From contig RSEE01000034.1 in assembly GCA_003971905.1 (NCBI GenBank), positions 434,001 to 498,000 of the forward strand: a DNA stretch of 64,000 bases, given 5' to 3'. The number at the start of each line of letters is the position of its first letter. The first letter of the stretch is position 1. Position numbers and translations under genes: made by a program. Below the pieces are notes generated by a model. It was not told the origin of the DNA, did not search any database, and saw only the letters and a list, made by a program, of their open reading frames with translations. The DNA comes from Moniliella sp. 'wahieum' (taxonomy: Eukaryota). Below, in pieces: positions 1 through 12,100 of this stretch.

Positions 1-285
1 CATAAGCGCCTTGGCCCAAAGAGCCAGAACGGGAGCTGGGACGGAAGGCCGACCGGGAGGCAGGGCGCAGGGCCTGGACGAGGGACTGGGCATGGCTTTG
101 GGCGCGGCCATGCGAATGGGGTGTGACGTTCCTTGGGCTGGGCCGTGGGCTTGGCCTTGGCCGTGAGCTGGGGCTGGTGCTTGGGCTGGGACGGGGCCTG
201 GGCCGGAGGCTGCCCCAGGCGGGCTGGCAGGGAGCAGGCCGTCTGGGTCCAAGGCAGGCGCGGGGCAGGGTCGTCTCGGGTGCAT
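1..285 (-). CDS. 5' end of a Pro/Ala/Gln-rich hypothetical protein running off the left edge
   Basis: ATG at 285 (minus) opens MHPRRPCPAPALDPDG..., with no stop before the window edge; low complexity, no recognisable domain. Confidence 0.3.
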   Translation of the reverse strand, partial: MHPRRPCPAPALDPDGLLPASPPGAASGPGPVPAQAPAPAHGQGQAHGPAQGTSHPIRMAAPKAMPSPSSRPCALPPGRPSVPAPVLALWAKALM

Positions 286-1228
286 GCAAAGAGAGAGACG
301 CGCGCCATCGTCCGCACGCCGCTGAGAGAGCGCGGGGGCGTCGGGAGCGACGGGGCGGCGTGGCGGGCGGGGGCGGGGGGGAGGGAGGGCGGGGGCCGGC
401 AGAGGCTCAGGCGGCAAGCGTGCGGCGAGCAGGGCCAGCAGTGGGCGTGGCTGGCAGCGATCGCATCGCCACGAGTCGTGCGGCCAGTGCCTAATGCTCC
501 CTGCTGAGCCTGGGCGCCCAGACGGAGTAGGCTCAGGCGCTCAGGATAAGCGCTACGCGGGAACAGGCGGGAACAGGCGGGCACACAGCCACCCACCGGC
601 GGCCACCCCTGCCGCCCGCCTGCCACACCCGCACTGCCCGCGTGCCGGCCTTGCCGCGCGCATCACCGCACTCTCCGCCCACACTGCCCCCTTCCCCACT
701 CACGCCACCGTTTTTGTGTTGCCCAGCGCGCCCAGGTGGAAGCACATCATCCATGCATCGTCCCAGCCACACCCATGCTCTCTCATCGGACGCTGTGGGT
801 TGCGCCCGTGTTGGGCCAGCTGGGACCTGGGCAAGGGGGACCTTGCCCAGAACAAAGAGCAAGTACATACTTTCTGTCGTGCCGGCAACGCCGGCAACGC
901 CAGCTAAAGCCCCCGGCAGTATCCTCTCAGGAGACCAAGGCATGCCATGTCAACGCAACCCACCTGCTCCCGCTCCTCCTTCCTCCGCTGCCCTCTCCAC
1001 AGACCCCATGGTGCTGGTCGTTCCAATCCGAATAACCGCACCTGCTGGAGGTCGCTGCCACTCCCCCCGCGCGTGCCCGCGTGCCAGCATGCCCGCGAGG
1101 AACGATCGATCCGTCGATCATTGATCCCCACGAATTTTCCGCCATGGAAAACGCAACCAAAGGCATGTGCACCGCGAGGCATGCGCCTGACGCATGCCCT
1201 GGGGCGTCCTTGCCTCCGACCTCCTGGC

Positions 1229-1245
1229 TCAGGCCTCAGGCCTGA
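1229..1245. repeat. TNA-palindrome array TCA GGCC TCA GGCC TGA
   Basis: Read directly from the sequence; 7-bp period. Confidence 0.9.
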
Positions 1246-2202
1246 TGTAGCCAAGCAGATTGACACTGACGCACTGACCACGGAACACGATCCTTTTTGC
1301 AGAGTGGGGAGCTACTTAATAAGTGAGAGAAAACAACGGAAACACCTCTCCTTCAACAAAATCATTCCCAATTAGTACATCGTTGAAAACACACCGTTTT
1401 GGCCAAGTCGCCAGAAGCCCAGAAAAGAGAGTTGCCCCAAGTCAAGGATGGATTGGAAAAGTGAGCCGTTATGCATTATGGGATGGGAAACCAGATCAAA
1501 GCCCATCAATATATGGGTCCCGTCCGGCGCGTATTTGATGCAAAAAGCTCCAACCTCCAGCTCTCTGACCGCTCGAAGAAGAACGATATTCCACTCTGGC
1601 TCCTCCAGAGCGTGTACATTGAAGCAGGGCCCATAATCTATGATGCCGCGGCGCCGTGTGCATCCCCGGGTATATCCCCAGTTAACTGGTGGTCTTCCTC
1701 TACGTCAGCACGGAGCGCGGTGGTTATGCGCGCCCCAACCGGGTCATGCTTTTGTGACGGGGTCACATGGCATGTCACATGACCACATCACATGCTCACG
1801 TTTCAAAGTCGGATTGTTACATTTCAATCGGCAGGGCATCCGCTTCAAAAGAAGAGCCAAGCAGCCAACGCCATTTCCGGTGCAAATGGCAGGGTGGATT
1901 ACATATCCCACTGCAATTGAAACCAACCCCACTGGGCACGGGCAGGCACGGCGCGTGTTGGCGCCTTGCTGGCCACGCCTCGCTGTCAAGCTGGCGCCCA
2001 GTGCGCCATCCCGCCCGCCCCAGCAGAGAGCCAGTGTGAGGTACCCCCCCCCCAACCAGCCAGGTTCGAATAGTGCTCGGCTTCGCCCGGCCCTGCCTTT
2101 CACCTGAACCTGGAACGCCAGCTCGCACCGCGTTGGGAAGGACTCCAGCCGCCTCTTTCTCTCTCACCACCACCCCTGCCCGCCTCTGTACTCAGCACCA
2201 CC

Positions 2203-3076
2203 ATGGCCATCCCCCCCTCCTGGAAGGACCTGAGCAAGGCCACCAACGACCTGCTCGGCAAGGACTACCCCCTGGGCCACACCTCGCTTGATGTCAAGTC
2301 GGTCGCCCCCAACGGCGTCACCTTCCACGTCCAGGGTGCTCGCAACAACCAGACGGCCGACATTCTGGCCGACCTGGAGATCAAGGTGGCCAACAAGGCC
2401 AAGGGCTTGAGCTCCACCACGGTCTGGACCACCACCCAACCAGATTCGCCAGACGGTCGAGGCCGACAACTACCTTGCCAAGGGCTTCAAGGCGGACTTT
2501 GTCTCGGCCTTCAACCCGGAAAAGGGCACCAAGTCGGGCGTGATCAACACTGTCTTCAAGCAGCCCAATCTTCACACGCGCACCACCGTTGACCTTACCA
2601 AGGGCCCGCTGGTCGCCCACGATTCGGTTGCAGGCCGCGACGGCTTTGTCGCCGGCTACGCCGCCTTGGTCAACCTCCAGACCAAGCAGGTGACCAACTA
2701 CGAGCTGGCCGCGGGCTACTATGCGCGCGACTACTCGGTCACGCTGCAGGGCACCAAGCGTCTCAACAACTTTATTGCGTCGTACTACCACCGTCTCAAT
2801 GCCGACCTCGAGACGGGTGCGCGCGTGCACTTTGACGCTAGCAAGCCGGCCAAGGAGACCAAGCTCGAGCTCGGCAGCAAGGTCTACCTCGACAATGCCG
2901 CCTTTGTCAAGGCCAAGATCAACAACGACGGCATCCTCGGCCTGGGCTACACACAGGCCCTCCGTCCGGGCGTCAAGACGTCCCTCGGTCTCGCTCTCGA
3001 CACGAAGGCGTTCTCGGCGACCGAGGCGGTGACCCCGGCCCACAAGGTCGGCGCGGCGCTCTTCTTCGAGGCCTAA
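2203..3076 (+). CDS. POR1: Mitochondrial outer membrane porin (VDAC)
   Basis: MAIPPSWKDLSKATNDLLGKDY ... KAKINNDGILGLGYTQALRPGVK ... HKVGAALFFEA; one apparent 1-nt indel near 2436. Confidence 0.95.
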
Positions 3077-3504
3077 GTAGAGATAGCAGGCCAATGAGCA
3101 TCATGTCCATCTGCTGCAGCCGAGGCGCTGGCGACCATGGGATAGCTGGTCAGTGGTCCGTACCAGTGGGAATAGGCCAGCCCGCGCTTTCGGATGACTA
3201 ACGTAGTCTGGGGGAGGAGCACGCAAGGCCTGGCAGGGCTCAGCGCTGGCAGACGCGTGATGCGTGACGTGTGAGTGTGACGTGGCGTCACATGTCACAG
3301 ACGAGGGGGGCGTGTTATGTCAGCGCTGAGCGTCCCCTGGGATGTGCGGTGGCGTGGCTCCTGGGGATGTGCGAGTTGCTGCCCCGGGCATGGGACCAGT
3401 GTCAAGTAGGGGGCTGTCTGTGGCATGGGCTGGGGACTAACGAACGGGCTGCCACCTGCGTCTGCTAGAAGGGCAAGCTGACCACCCCACGACTGCCTCT
3501 CGTC

Positions 3505-4710
3505 ATGGCCGACAAGCTCGACCAGTTGCTGGCCCAGCTGCCTGTCGTGCCCGTCCCCACGCACAGCAACGGCCGGGTGGGGTACCATGTGTTTGGCAAC
3601 GCGTACTTCAATCCCAACGACTTCCACCGCGAGGCCTTCTTTCTCTCCCTCTCGCTTGTCTACCTCGCCTGGTCCTTGGTCCGCGCGCAGCACAACAAGG
3701 CAGTTGCCACGCGCTGGGCCAAGGTGATTGTTCCCGCTCTGAAAACCGAGTTTTCCTATGTACCGACCAAGACACCCTACGGGCCGGGCGCGCTGGTGTG
3801 GAATGGGGTGGGCGCCGCGACGCTGTACGCGTCGGGACGACGGAACGTGGAGCGCCTGCAGGCCGAACTGGACTTTTATCCGTACCATGACCTGGTACTG
3901 TTGCTGTCGCAACTGCCGCTGGCCCAGATGGGCCAGAAAACGCAAGAGTTCCCTTCGCAGTTGAGAATTGTGCTGACCCTGCCACGCACCGAGGACAATG
4001 TGCTGGGCGTGTTTGCGGTGGTGAACAAGTCCCACCTGCGCACTACCCGGGCAAGTCGGTACGACTTGACGTTTGCCAAGCTGCTCGATGGCGAGAAGGC
4101 GTCGACGAGTCGCGGGCTGGACAACCAATGGGCCATTCTTTCCGAAACGGGCGAGCTAACCGACTCGTGGTTGGGCGTGCCCGGGGACCGGGGGCAGAGC
4201 GTGAGGGACAAGCTGGGGATCCAACAAGTGCTCAACACGCCAATTGCACAGCAAGTCGTTGAAAGTCTGGTCATCACCGACCAGCCGAGGAGCAAGCCGA
4301 CCAAGGGTGCTCTGCTGCCCGAGGACCGGCCACGCCAGATCGTCTTGACGCTCAAACTGCCCTCGTCCAGCGCAGAGGCCAAGACCCACCTCCCATTCCT
4401 CGAGCTTGCCCTCAACCTGGCCGATGCAGTGGGCGTGGCCACGTCGGGCGCACCCACCTCGGCACTGCGGCTGCGGCCCGAGCTGCTGACCAAGCTGCGC
4501 AAAACGCGGCGCGAGGTGGATGCGCAGTTGGAGGAGGAGGCGACGCGGGAAGAGCGCGAAGCCGAAGAGGAAGCGCTGCAGGAAGCCAAGGCCAAGGCCG
4601 AAGCCGAGCGGTTCAAAAACATGTCCCCGGCTGAGCAGGCCAAGCGCAAGGAGGTGGAGCGGAAACGTGCGTTGCGTAAAGGACAAAAGACCTTCCGCGC
4701 TCGTGGGTAG
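3505..4710 (+). CDS. DUF1682 / CCDC47-like (PAT complex) ER membrane protein
   Basis: 401-aa ORF with an N-terminal TM segment, LYASGRRN and FAVVNK motifs, and a charged C-terminal coil ending MSPAEQAKRKEVERKR. Confidence 0.8.
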   Translation: MADKLDQLLAQLPVVPVPTHSNGRVGYHVFGNAYFNPNDFHREAFFLSLSLVYLAWSLVRAQHNKAVATRWAKVIVPALKTEFSYVPTKTPYGPGALVWNGVGAATLYASGRRNVERLQAELDFYPYHDLVLLLSQLPLAQMGQKTQEFPSQLRIVLTLPRTEDNVLGVFAVVNKSHLRTTRASRYDLTFAKLLDGEKASTSRGLDNQWAILSETGELTDSWLGVPGDRGQSVRDKLGIQQVLNTPIAQQVVESLVITDQPRSKPTKGALLPEDRPRQIVLTLKLPSSSAEAKTHLPFLELALNLADAVGVATSGAPTSALRLRPELLTKLRKTRREVDAQLEEEATREEREAEEEALQEAKAKAEAERFKNMSPAEQAKRKEVERKRALRKGQKTFRARG

Positions 4711-5378
4711 GTGGGGCAGCACATCTTGTCCTCCCCAGATCTGTGGCCACTCTGGGGCGCATGCGTTTTGGTATGCGTACCAAAAGCGTTTTCAAATAGC
4801 GCGGGTCGGTCCAACAAATGCAATCCTTTTTATATCCACGGGATGCGCGCACGCCCTACTAGCGGCCTTGCCTCTACCGAAGAGAACCGCGATACTTTGA
4901 GATGACTGAGAGAGAGAGTAACTGCGACGGAGAGACGGCAAGGTGTATCGTTTCGATACGCAGGAAGAACGCTTCACAGTCTTGAAGGATCAAAACGGTA
5001 CCCCCGCCAGGATACCCCACGGGGTACCAGAAAGGTGTTTTACACATCATGTCCTGCCTTGAGGGCGTAGTAGCTCATCAAACGCGAGTAAAATGGCCGT
5101 CGCAACCTAAGCATATTACACGTGTTGTACTCAAAAAAGGCTTTCATCGTGGCTGGCGCGGTCCATTTCGGCCACCACGATTGATGTACTGGTTACTGGT
5201 CGGTGTACTGTTGATCTCAACGATCGATGACCTGCATGACCTCTGACGTTATAATTCGGTTAGCACAAACCTATATCACCAGATCCAAAAAGTCATCGAG
5301 CAGGCAGATAAACGGATAATGAGGGAGAAAACAGTCGTGCAGTAAAGTGGTGAAGAACCAAAGTGGGTAAGGGGCGAT

Positions 5379-6022
5379 TTATGCTTGACCAGGAACGGTA
5401 TCCGGGCTGTCAAACAGAGTGGGCAGGTTAGTTTCCATCTCACAGTTGGGGTGATCGGTGGGTAGAGCAAGCCAAAAGAGGGGATACGCACATGATAGGG
5501 GCAACTTGCTTATTTTGGCCGGCAAACATGCGTTGCATCAGGACACCCATGCCCTCCATCACACCAAGCAGAATGCCACACATGATGCCCGATCCAAGCA
5601 TCATCTTGGGACCACTCCGTACCGCCAGGGCAGCACCGGTCATGAACCCGGCAATCACACCGTTCTTCATATCTTCCGTCTGCCGCACGCTGCGCACAAT
5701 GCAGTCCGACGTGCCAAAGACGGCACCCCACATACCAAACGCACCGCCCAACGCGGGGCCACGTTGTTTGATGGCAGCCAAAGCAGCAGGAAGACGTTCA
5801 CCCTGTTGACCCGATGCACGTCAGGATCCGTTCGCAGGGTTCCCAGCCGGGGTGGGACGAGGGAGAGGGGGCAGGGGCGGATCAACGTACGCGAGGACTG
5901 TTGCGGCTGCCCTTGATACCGTGCCAGAGCGAGCCACCAATGGCACCCATCGCAAAGGCGGCACCCGTGTCGTTGAGGATGACCCATGGGCAAGGATCGC
6001 GGGTATGGTCGGCAGCTACCAT
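5379..6022 (-). CDS. TIM17: Mitochondrial import inner membrane translocase subunit Tim17 (3 exons: 6022-5891, 5802-5492, 5406-5379)
   Basis: [26 protein letters not shown] signature; GTACGT..CAG and GTGCGT..CAG introns with branch points give a continuous frame. Confidence 0.93.
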
Positions 6023-6384
6023 TGGTCGTTGCAACTCCAAGTCAGGGTCAGCCGGGGAGGGCGCGGGGATGGATGTTCTAAAGTTGAGAAGCTTGCCCAG
6101 GAGCAAAAAAAGGCAGCAGACCCAACGCACAAAGCATCGTTCCGCCCTGGCGTCGCCGGCGCGGAATGGGGCCGAAGAAACAGGGCGGAGTGGGAAGAGG
6201 AGGGCACAGGGGCAGTCTACGGCAGTGTCTCCGTTCGGCGCTCGTCGCGATAATTTTTTTCCGAGTCAGCAAGTCCGTTTGCGCCAAGGGAAGCTGGCCG
6301 GCCAAAAGGCCACGGGCCAGCCAGCGGCGGCGGCTTGCGCCAACCGCAAGTAGGTCGTTTGTCTTTCGCACCACCATCCTCACC

Positions 6385-8195
6385 ATGTCTGAAGCTGCTG
6401 CTGCTGCTGCTGCTGCCTCTGCCCCTGCTCTGCACCTTGACCCCGTTACGGGCGAGAAGGTGAGCAAGAGTGAGCTCAAGCGCCGCCAGAAGGAGCGCCA
6501 GGCCGCCGAGAAGAAGGCGGCCAAGGCGGCTGCCGCGCCCGCGACTGCCGCCAAGTCCAAGTCGGCCGCCGATGAGGAAGGCGAGCTGAGCCCGCAGCAG
6601 TACTACGAGCACCGTTCGCGTACCATCAAGGCTCTTCGCGAAAGCAAGGCGCCCAACCCGTACCCTCACAAGTTCCATGTGAGCACGTCGCTGGGTGCGT
6701 TCATTGACAAGTACGGCCCCCACCACCGAACCTGGTGCCAAGTTGGACGAGAAGGTGTCCATTGCCGGCCGCATTCACACGGTGCGTGCGCAGGGTGCCA
6801 AGTTGCACTTACTACGATCTCCATTCGGAGGGTCAGAAGGTCCAGATCATGGCCTCGGCCTCGGACCATGTTGGCAAGGAGGGCACCCCGAGGGCTACGC
6901 TGAGATCCATGGGCTCCTCCGCCGCGGTGACATTGTGGGTGTCGAGGGCTACCCGGGCAAGACCAAGAAGGGCGAGCTGTCCATCTTCCCCACCTCGATC
7001 ACCCTCCTCTCGCCCAACCTGCACCGTCTGCCTGGCAAGGCCTTCACCACCGCCGATGGCGAGGTCAAGGGTGGGCTGACGAACCCCGAGACGCGGTACC
7101 GCAAGCGCTACTTGGACTTGATGATCAACCCCAACGTGCGCGAGATCTTTATCAAGCGCGCCAAGATCATCAACTACGTTCGTCGCTTCTTTGAGAACCT
7201 GGGTTTCCTCGAGGTGGAGACGCCGATGATGAACATGGTGGCCGGCGGTGCGACGGCCAAGCCGTTCATCACGCATCACAACGACCTCGGCATGGACCTG
7301 TTTATGCGCATTGCGCCCGAGTTGTACCTCAAGGAGCTTGTGGTGGGAGGGTTGGACCGGGTGTTTGAGATTGGCAAGGTGTTCCGCAACGAGTCGATTG
7401 ACCAGACGCACAACCCCGAGTTTACCAGCTGTGAGTTTTACATGGCGTATGCCGACATGTATGATTTGATGGACATTACCGAGAAGATGATCTCGGGCTT
7501 GGTCAAGTACGTGACGGGCGGGACCAAGGTCACCTACCACCCCGAGGGCAAGGACAAGCCCGATGGCCCGGTGTACGAGATTGACTTTGCGACGCCGTGG
7601 AAGCGGTTCGATATGATCAAGGAGCTCGAAGCGCAGCTCAAGGTCACTTTCCCGCCTGCCGACCAGCTTCACACGGAGGCCACGCGCCAGTGGCTGGACG
7701 ATTTGGCGGTCAAGCACGGGGTGGAGTGCAGCGCGCCGCGCACGTCGGCCCGGTTGGTGGACAAGTTGTGGGCGAGTACATTGAGCCGCAGTGCATCAAC
7801 CCTTCCTTCATCATGGGCCATCCGGAGGTGATGAGCCCGCTGGCCAAGTACCACCGCTCCATCCCCGGTCTGTCGGAACGCTTTGAGTTGTTTGTGGCGA
7901 CCAAGGAGATTGCCAATGCCTACACGGAGCTCAACGATCCCTTTGACCAGCGCGAGCGGTTCGAGGAGCAGTCGCGCCAGGCCGCCGCGGGGACGACGAG
8001 GCGCAAGGCATCGACGAGGTGTTTGTCGATGCGCTGGAACACGGCTTGCCGCCCACGGCTGGCTGGGGGCTCGGCATTGACCGCCTCACCATGTTCCTCA
8101 CCGACTCGAACCGGATTGCCGAGGTGCTCGCCTTCCCGGCGATGAAGCCCGAGCAGACGCAAGCGACGGCGGCTGCTGCGCCTGCGACGGCATGA
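6385..8195 (+). CDS. KRS1: Lysyl-tRNA synthetase (class II)
   Basis: PYPHKF OB fold, [39 protein letters not shown] and [13 protein letters not shown] motifs; several 1-nt indels. Confidence 0.96.
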
Positions 8196-9193
8196 GGGGG
8201 GGATCTGACCAGGGGGCTGCAATGCATGGCAGACGGATGTGCCCGTGGCATGCGCTTTCCACAGAGGGGACGCTACATAGACGAGGATGAGCCAGGTGAG
8301 AACAGGCACTGAGTACTGATGGAGGAGACAAAGGACGGATGATGTCATGGGGGCGGGTGGGGCGCTAGGGTTGCTGCTGGCTGCTGCTGTGGCTTGGCGC
8401 GCAGGAGCAAACACATCACGCGTCATGCGTGGTGTGATGCGTTGGCTCGGCATCGCCTGCGGATGAGTACTGAGTGGGTTAGTAGTGGGTTGAGGCTGGC
8501 GTGCTGCTGGGCGCGGCGGCTGCGTCGTATCTCGCCCGGGGCAGGCGGCTGGCGGCGCAGGCTGGGGGGCGCCGCTGCTGATTGCTGGACGGACTCCACC
8601 CCCACCACCAGCCGCCGTGTCGGGGCCACCACCACCGCCCCCGCCCCCGCCCCCGCCACCACCACCCGCATGCCTCTCCTCGCGCGCCCCGAGCAGCAAC
8701 GCAGCGACCGCGCCCCACCCAGTGCGTGGCCCGCCGCGCCGCCCCGCCTCCACCCCCTCGGCCATCTCCGCATACGCCTCCAGCCCCACCAGCACTGCCT
8801 CCGACGCCACGACTGCAGTCCACGCCCCGCGTGGCCTCAAGCACGATCTTTCGGCCTCCATCCGCTCCTTCCCCCTCCTCTCCGACGAGTCCGACCCCCC
8901 TGTCCCGCCCCATTCCCCGCGTCCACCTCCGCCCCCCCCCGTCCCTCGGCCACTGCGGCGCCCACGCCCGTGCCCACGCCCGCTGCCCCCCCGCCTCGTG
9001 CGCCTCCACGAGCACTTGCCCCCGCCTCCGCCTTGCCCCTCTACAACTCCCAGCCCGCCGCCTCCGTCTCGGCCTCGCATCTGCCGCCCACCCCCCCCGC
9101 TCCTTCCGCCGTCCACGCTTGGCGGGGCGCCGCGACCGCAAGGACAACCGCCTTGCTGCCGCAATCAAGAGCCCCTTTCGCCGCCGTCGCGTG

Positions 9194-12100
9194 ATGAGCC
9201 ATCTGCCGCCTGCCTCGGCCTCCTCTTCGTCGGCCACCTTGGCAAGTGTCCCGCCTGATCTTGACCTTGACTCTTCCTCATCCCCGGTCAGCCTGCCTCC
9301 GCTCGCCCGCTCTCACTCCGACGGCTCGCCTAGCACAGGTCGGCTCCATGAGGCCGACTGGCCCCTTCGGGACCAGTAAGGCCCTCGCTCTCGCCTGTGC
9401 CCGCCACACCTCCGCCATCCCACCCGTCGTCATTGCCGCCAGGCTCAGTGTCAGACCCGCCCTCGGCAGCAGGAGACGGGGAAGCCGACCCCCCTGCCGT
9501 CCTGAGCTCGCCGCCGCCCGCGTCATCCCCAGGACTGCTCACTCCTTCGGTAGGGCACGACAATGTGTCGCTTCCGCCCGACCCATCTGCCTCTGCCCCA
9601 GTGTCCAGCGCCGGGTCGCAACTCGATCCAGTTCCCTCGGTGCCTATCACTCCACGACGGCGAACACTTTCCATTCCTCGCCTGCGCAGCAAGAAACGTA
9701 CTCACGGACCTCGGAATATGCCGCCTGTACCTGTACCACCCCTCCCCTCTCCTCCACCTGCCGTCCCACCGCCCAATACGGCCCCTGCCCTTCCAGTCGT
9801 GCCAGCTAGTCCGGGGGTGGTGCCGCCGACACCTCCTGCCTCGACCCGGCCTCTCTGGGATACTGTCAGTCCGCCCCAGAGTCAGCCAATGCTGTATCCT
9901 ACCACCTCTCATTCTTCTGCTTCGGTCCACATTTCTTCCTCTGGCGGTCACTCGCGTTCGCGCACGATATCCCTCGCCTCGGCCGCCAGCTTGGCATCTT
10001 GGATGGGCCGTAGTAAACCGCCGTCGATGGGGGGAGGTGCGGGCGGCAAGGAAAGCAAGGAAGGGGTCAAGATCCAGCCGAGGGGTGGATCGCTCCGCGA
10101 GGGCACCCCACGCACTCCTTTGGGGGCCATCGGCGCTCGGTATATCCTATGGAGGACTTTCCTCCTTGGCTCTAGGACACAATCGATCGGTTTTGTCTCC
10201 AGTCACAGGCTCACCGACTCGACCGGACGGGGTGCTACCAGTCCACCCCTTAGATCGAAGCCGTTCCACTCCTCCCTCCGGCATGCATTCCCCTCCTCCC
10301 CCGGCTTCTTCCTCGCCTCCACCAGCGGAGCAGCCAACGGAGGAAGAAACGTCAACCCCGTTGGCCCGGAATGCGCCTATTCCCACCCCGGTTGCACAAC
10401 GCAAACGGTCAGGTTCCGTAGGGACACTGCTGAATGCGTTCACGCTGGGCGGCAAAAACAAAGATCGTTTGTCGCCATCCCGAGGCGCATCTCCCATCCC
10501 TCCGCCTGCCGAGGTTCCTGTCGCCCCTCAGTCTGCGCGCCCATTCCATATGACCCACAAACTGTCCAGCTCGACGCTCTTGGGCGACGCAGAGAAACGG
10601 AAACGGGCGTCGGGCGGCGAGATGGACCGCGGGCCGCCCAGTCCTGGACTGACCCCCACCCTGCACCGCTTTGCTCGGCGCCGAGGCAGTGCTGACCCAC
10701 CCCCGTCGTCCAGTTACGCCGCCAAGCACCGCACCGCCCCGCCAGGTGGCCTATTTTCTCACATTTCTGCCTTTCGCCTACGCGACTCGCCCACCCCTCC
10801 ACCCCCACCCAACGCCCACCAAGCGAACGGGGCATGCGATTGGACCGGACTCGGACGGGCGGTGTGTCCCCCGTTGGCGGGATGGGACGGAGAGCGAGCC
10901 TGGGCCTGGGAACAGGCAGCCGAGCAGGTAGTATATCTCCTACCGTGGCGGCCTCGGCAGGTCCAAGCGGAGGGGCCCCGCGCCCCCAACAAGGTGCTTG
11001 GTTGCTTGGCGTCTGGCATGGTCCACCGGGCGTAGCGCCCCTGCCAGCACGGTGGGACCCCCCGAGAGGATAACTGATCCAGACCTCTTCCTTGATCCTC
11101 TGTCAGCTGAACCGGACCGCTCAAGGGATGAGGATGAACTGGATGCCGAGCCTGGTCGGAAAAGCGCTTCCCTGCATGCGAGGCCGGCGCCTTGGCAAAC
11201 CGGAACGGCAGAGATGGAAGTTGAACCCGATAGTAAGCCCGATCCCGATCCCGCTGTACCCGAAGTCAAGATCGACCCTGTTTCTGAGCCCGACGACCAG
11301 CAAGAGGTGCCTCATGAGCGTAGGTCGCCTGAGGCGCCCGAGGTGCGCGCCCCGCTCCATCCCGCAGCGCTGGATGAAGGTGATGCGCACCCTGCGTCCT
11401 TGTTCCATGCCCCGCTTGTGGTTGGATCACCCAACTGGATGGCGGAGCTACAGAACGATTTTAGTTCTCGCATCTGGTGCTCGTATCGCAGCCACTTTCC
11501 TCCCATTGCTCGAGATGGTCACCTGTCCCTTGCCGCGGCTGAGGCAGCCGAGGTGGACCCAGGCCAGGTGGATGACGCCTCCGGGATGCGAGAGGAGGAT
11601 CAGGTACCAAGCCCATCGGGTGGGTGGGCCGAGCGGCTGGGGGCACCAGTGGCAGGACTTTGGTCCCGCGCTGTGGCTGCTGCGCAGTCGGCTGGTCTGG
11701 CTCGTGGTGGGATTACAACGGACGCCGGCTGGGGTTGCATGTTGCGCACAGGCCAGTCGGTCTTGGCCAACGCACTCTTGCTCACTGCGCTGGGGAGAGA
11801 GTGGCGCCGACCGCTGCGTCTGCCATCGGCAGGCAACCCGGAAGAGCAACAAGCGTATGCCCAGTACGTGCGCATCGTCATGGCAATGATGGACAGCCCA
11901 TCGGCACGGGTTCCTTTCTCGGTTCATCGCTTTGCGCAGCAAGGTGTCCTGCTCGGCAAGGCGCCCGGCGAGTGGTTTGGTCCTTCGACCGCGGCTGGGG
12001 CCATCCTCCGGTGTGTCATCGAACCTCACCCCTTCGCACGGCCCGACGCTCCCGCGCCGGACGGCTTGCCTCCTCTCGCCGTGGTTTTGGCCTACGACGG

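Noticed and set aside
2040..2100. tRNA suggested by GGTTCGAAT at about 2063
   Set aside because: No acceptor, D or anticodon stems could be folded around it
4998..5028. GGTACCCC...GGGGTACC hairpin as a terminator or MITE
   Set aside because: Only an 8-bp stem, single copy, no target-site duplication; intrinsic terminators do not apply to this eukaryotic context
7920..9237. Long Gly/Arg-rich minus-strand ORFs (and similar antisense ORFs throughout)
   Set aside because: Shadow ORFs expected from high GC content and C-rich low-complexity sequence; no motifs
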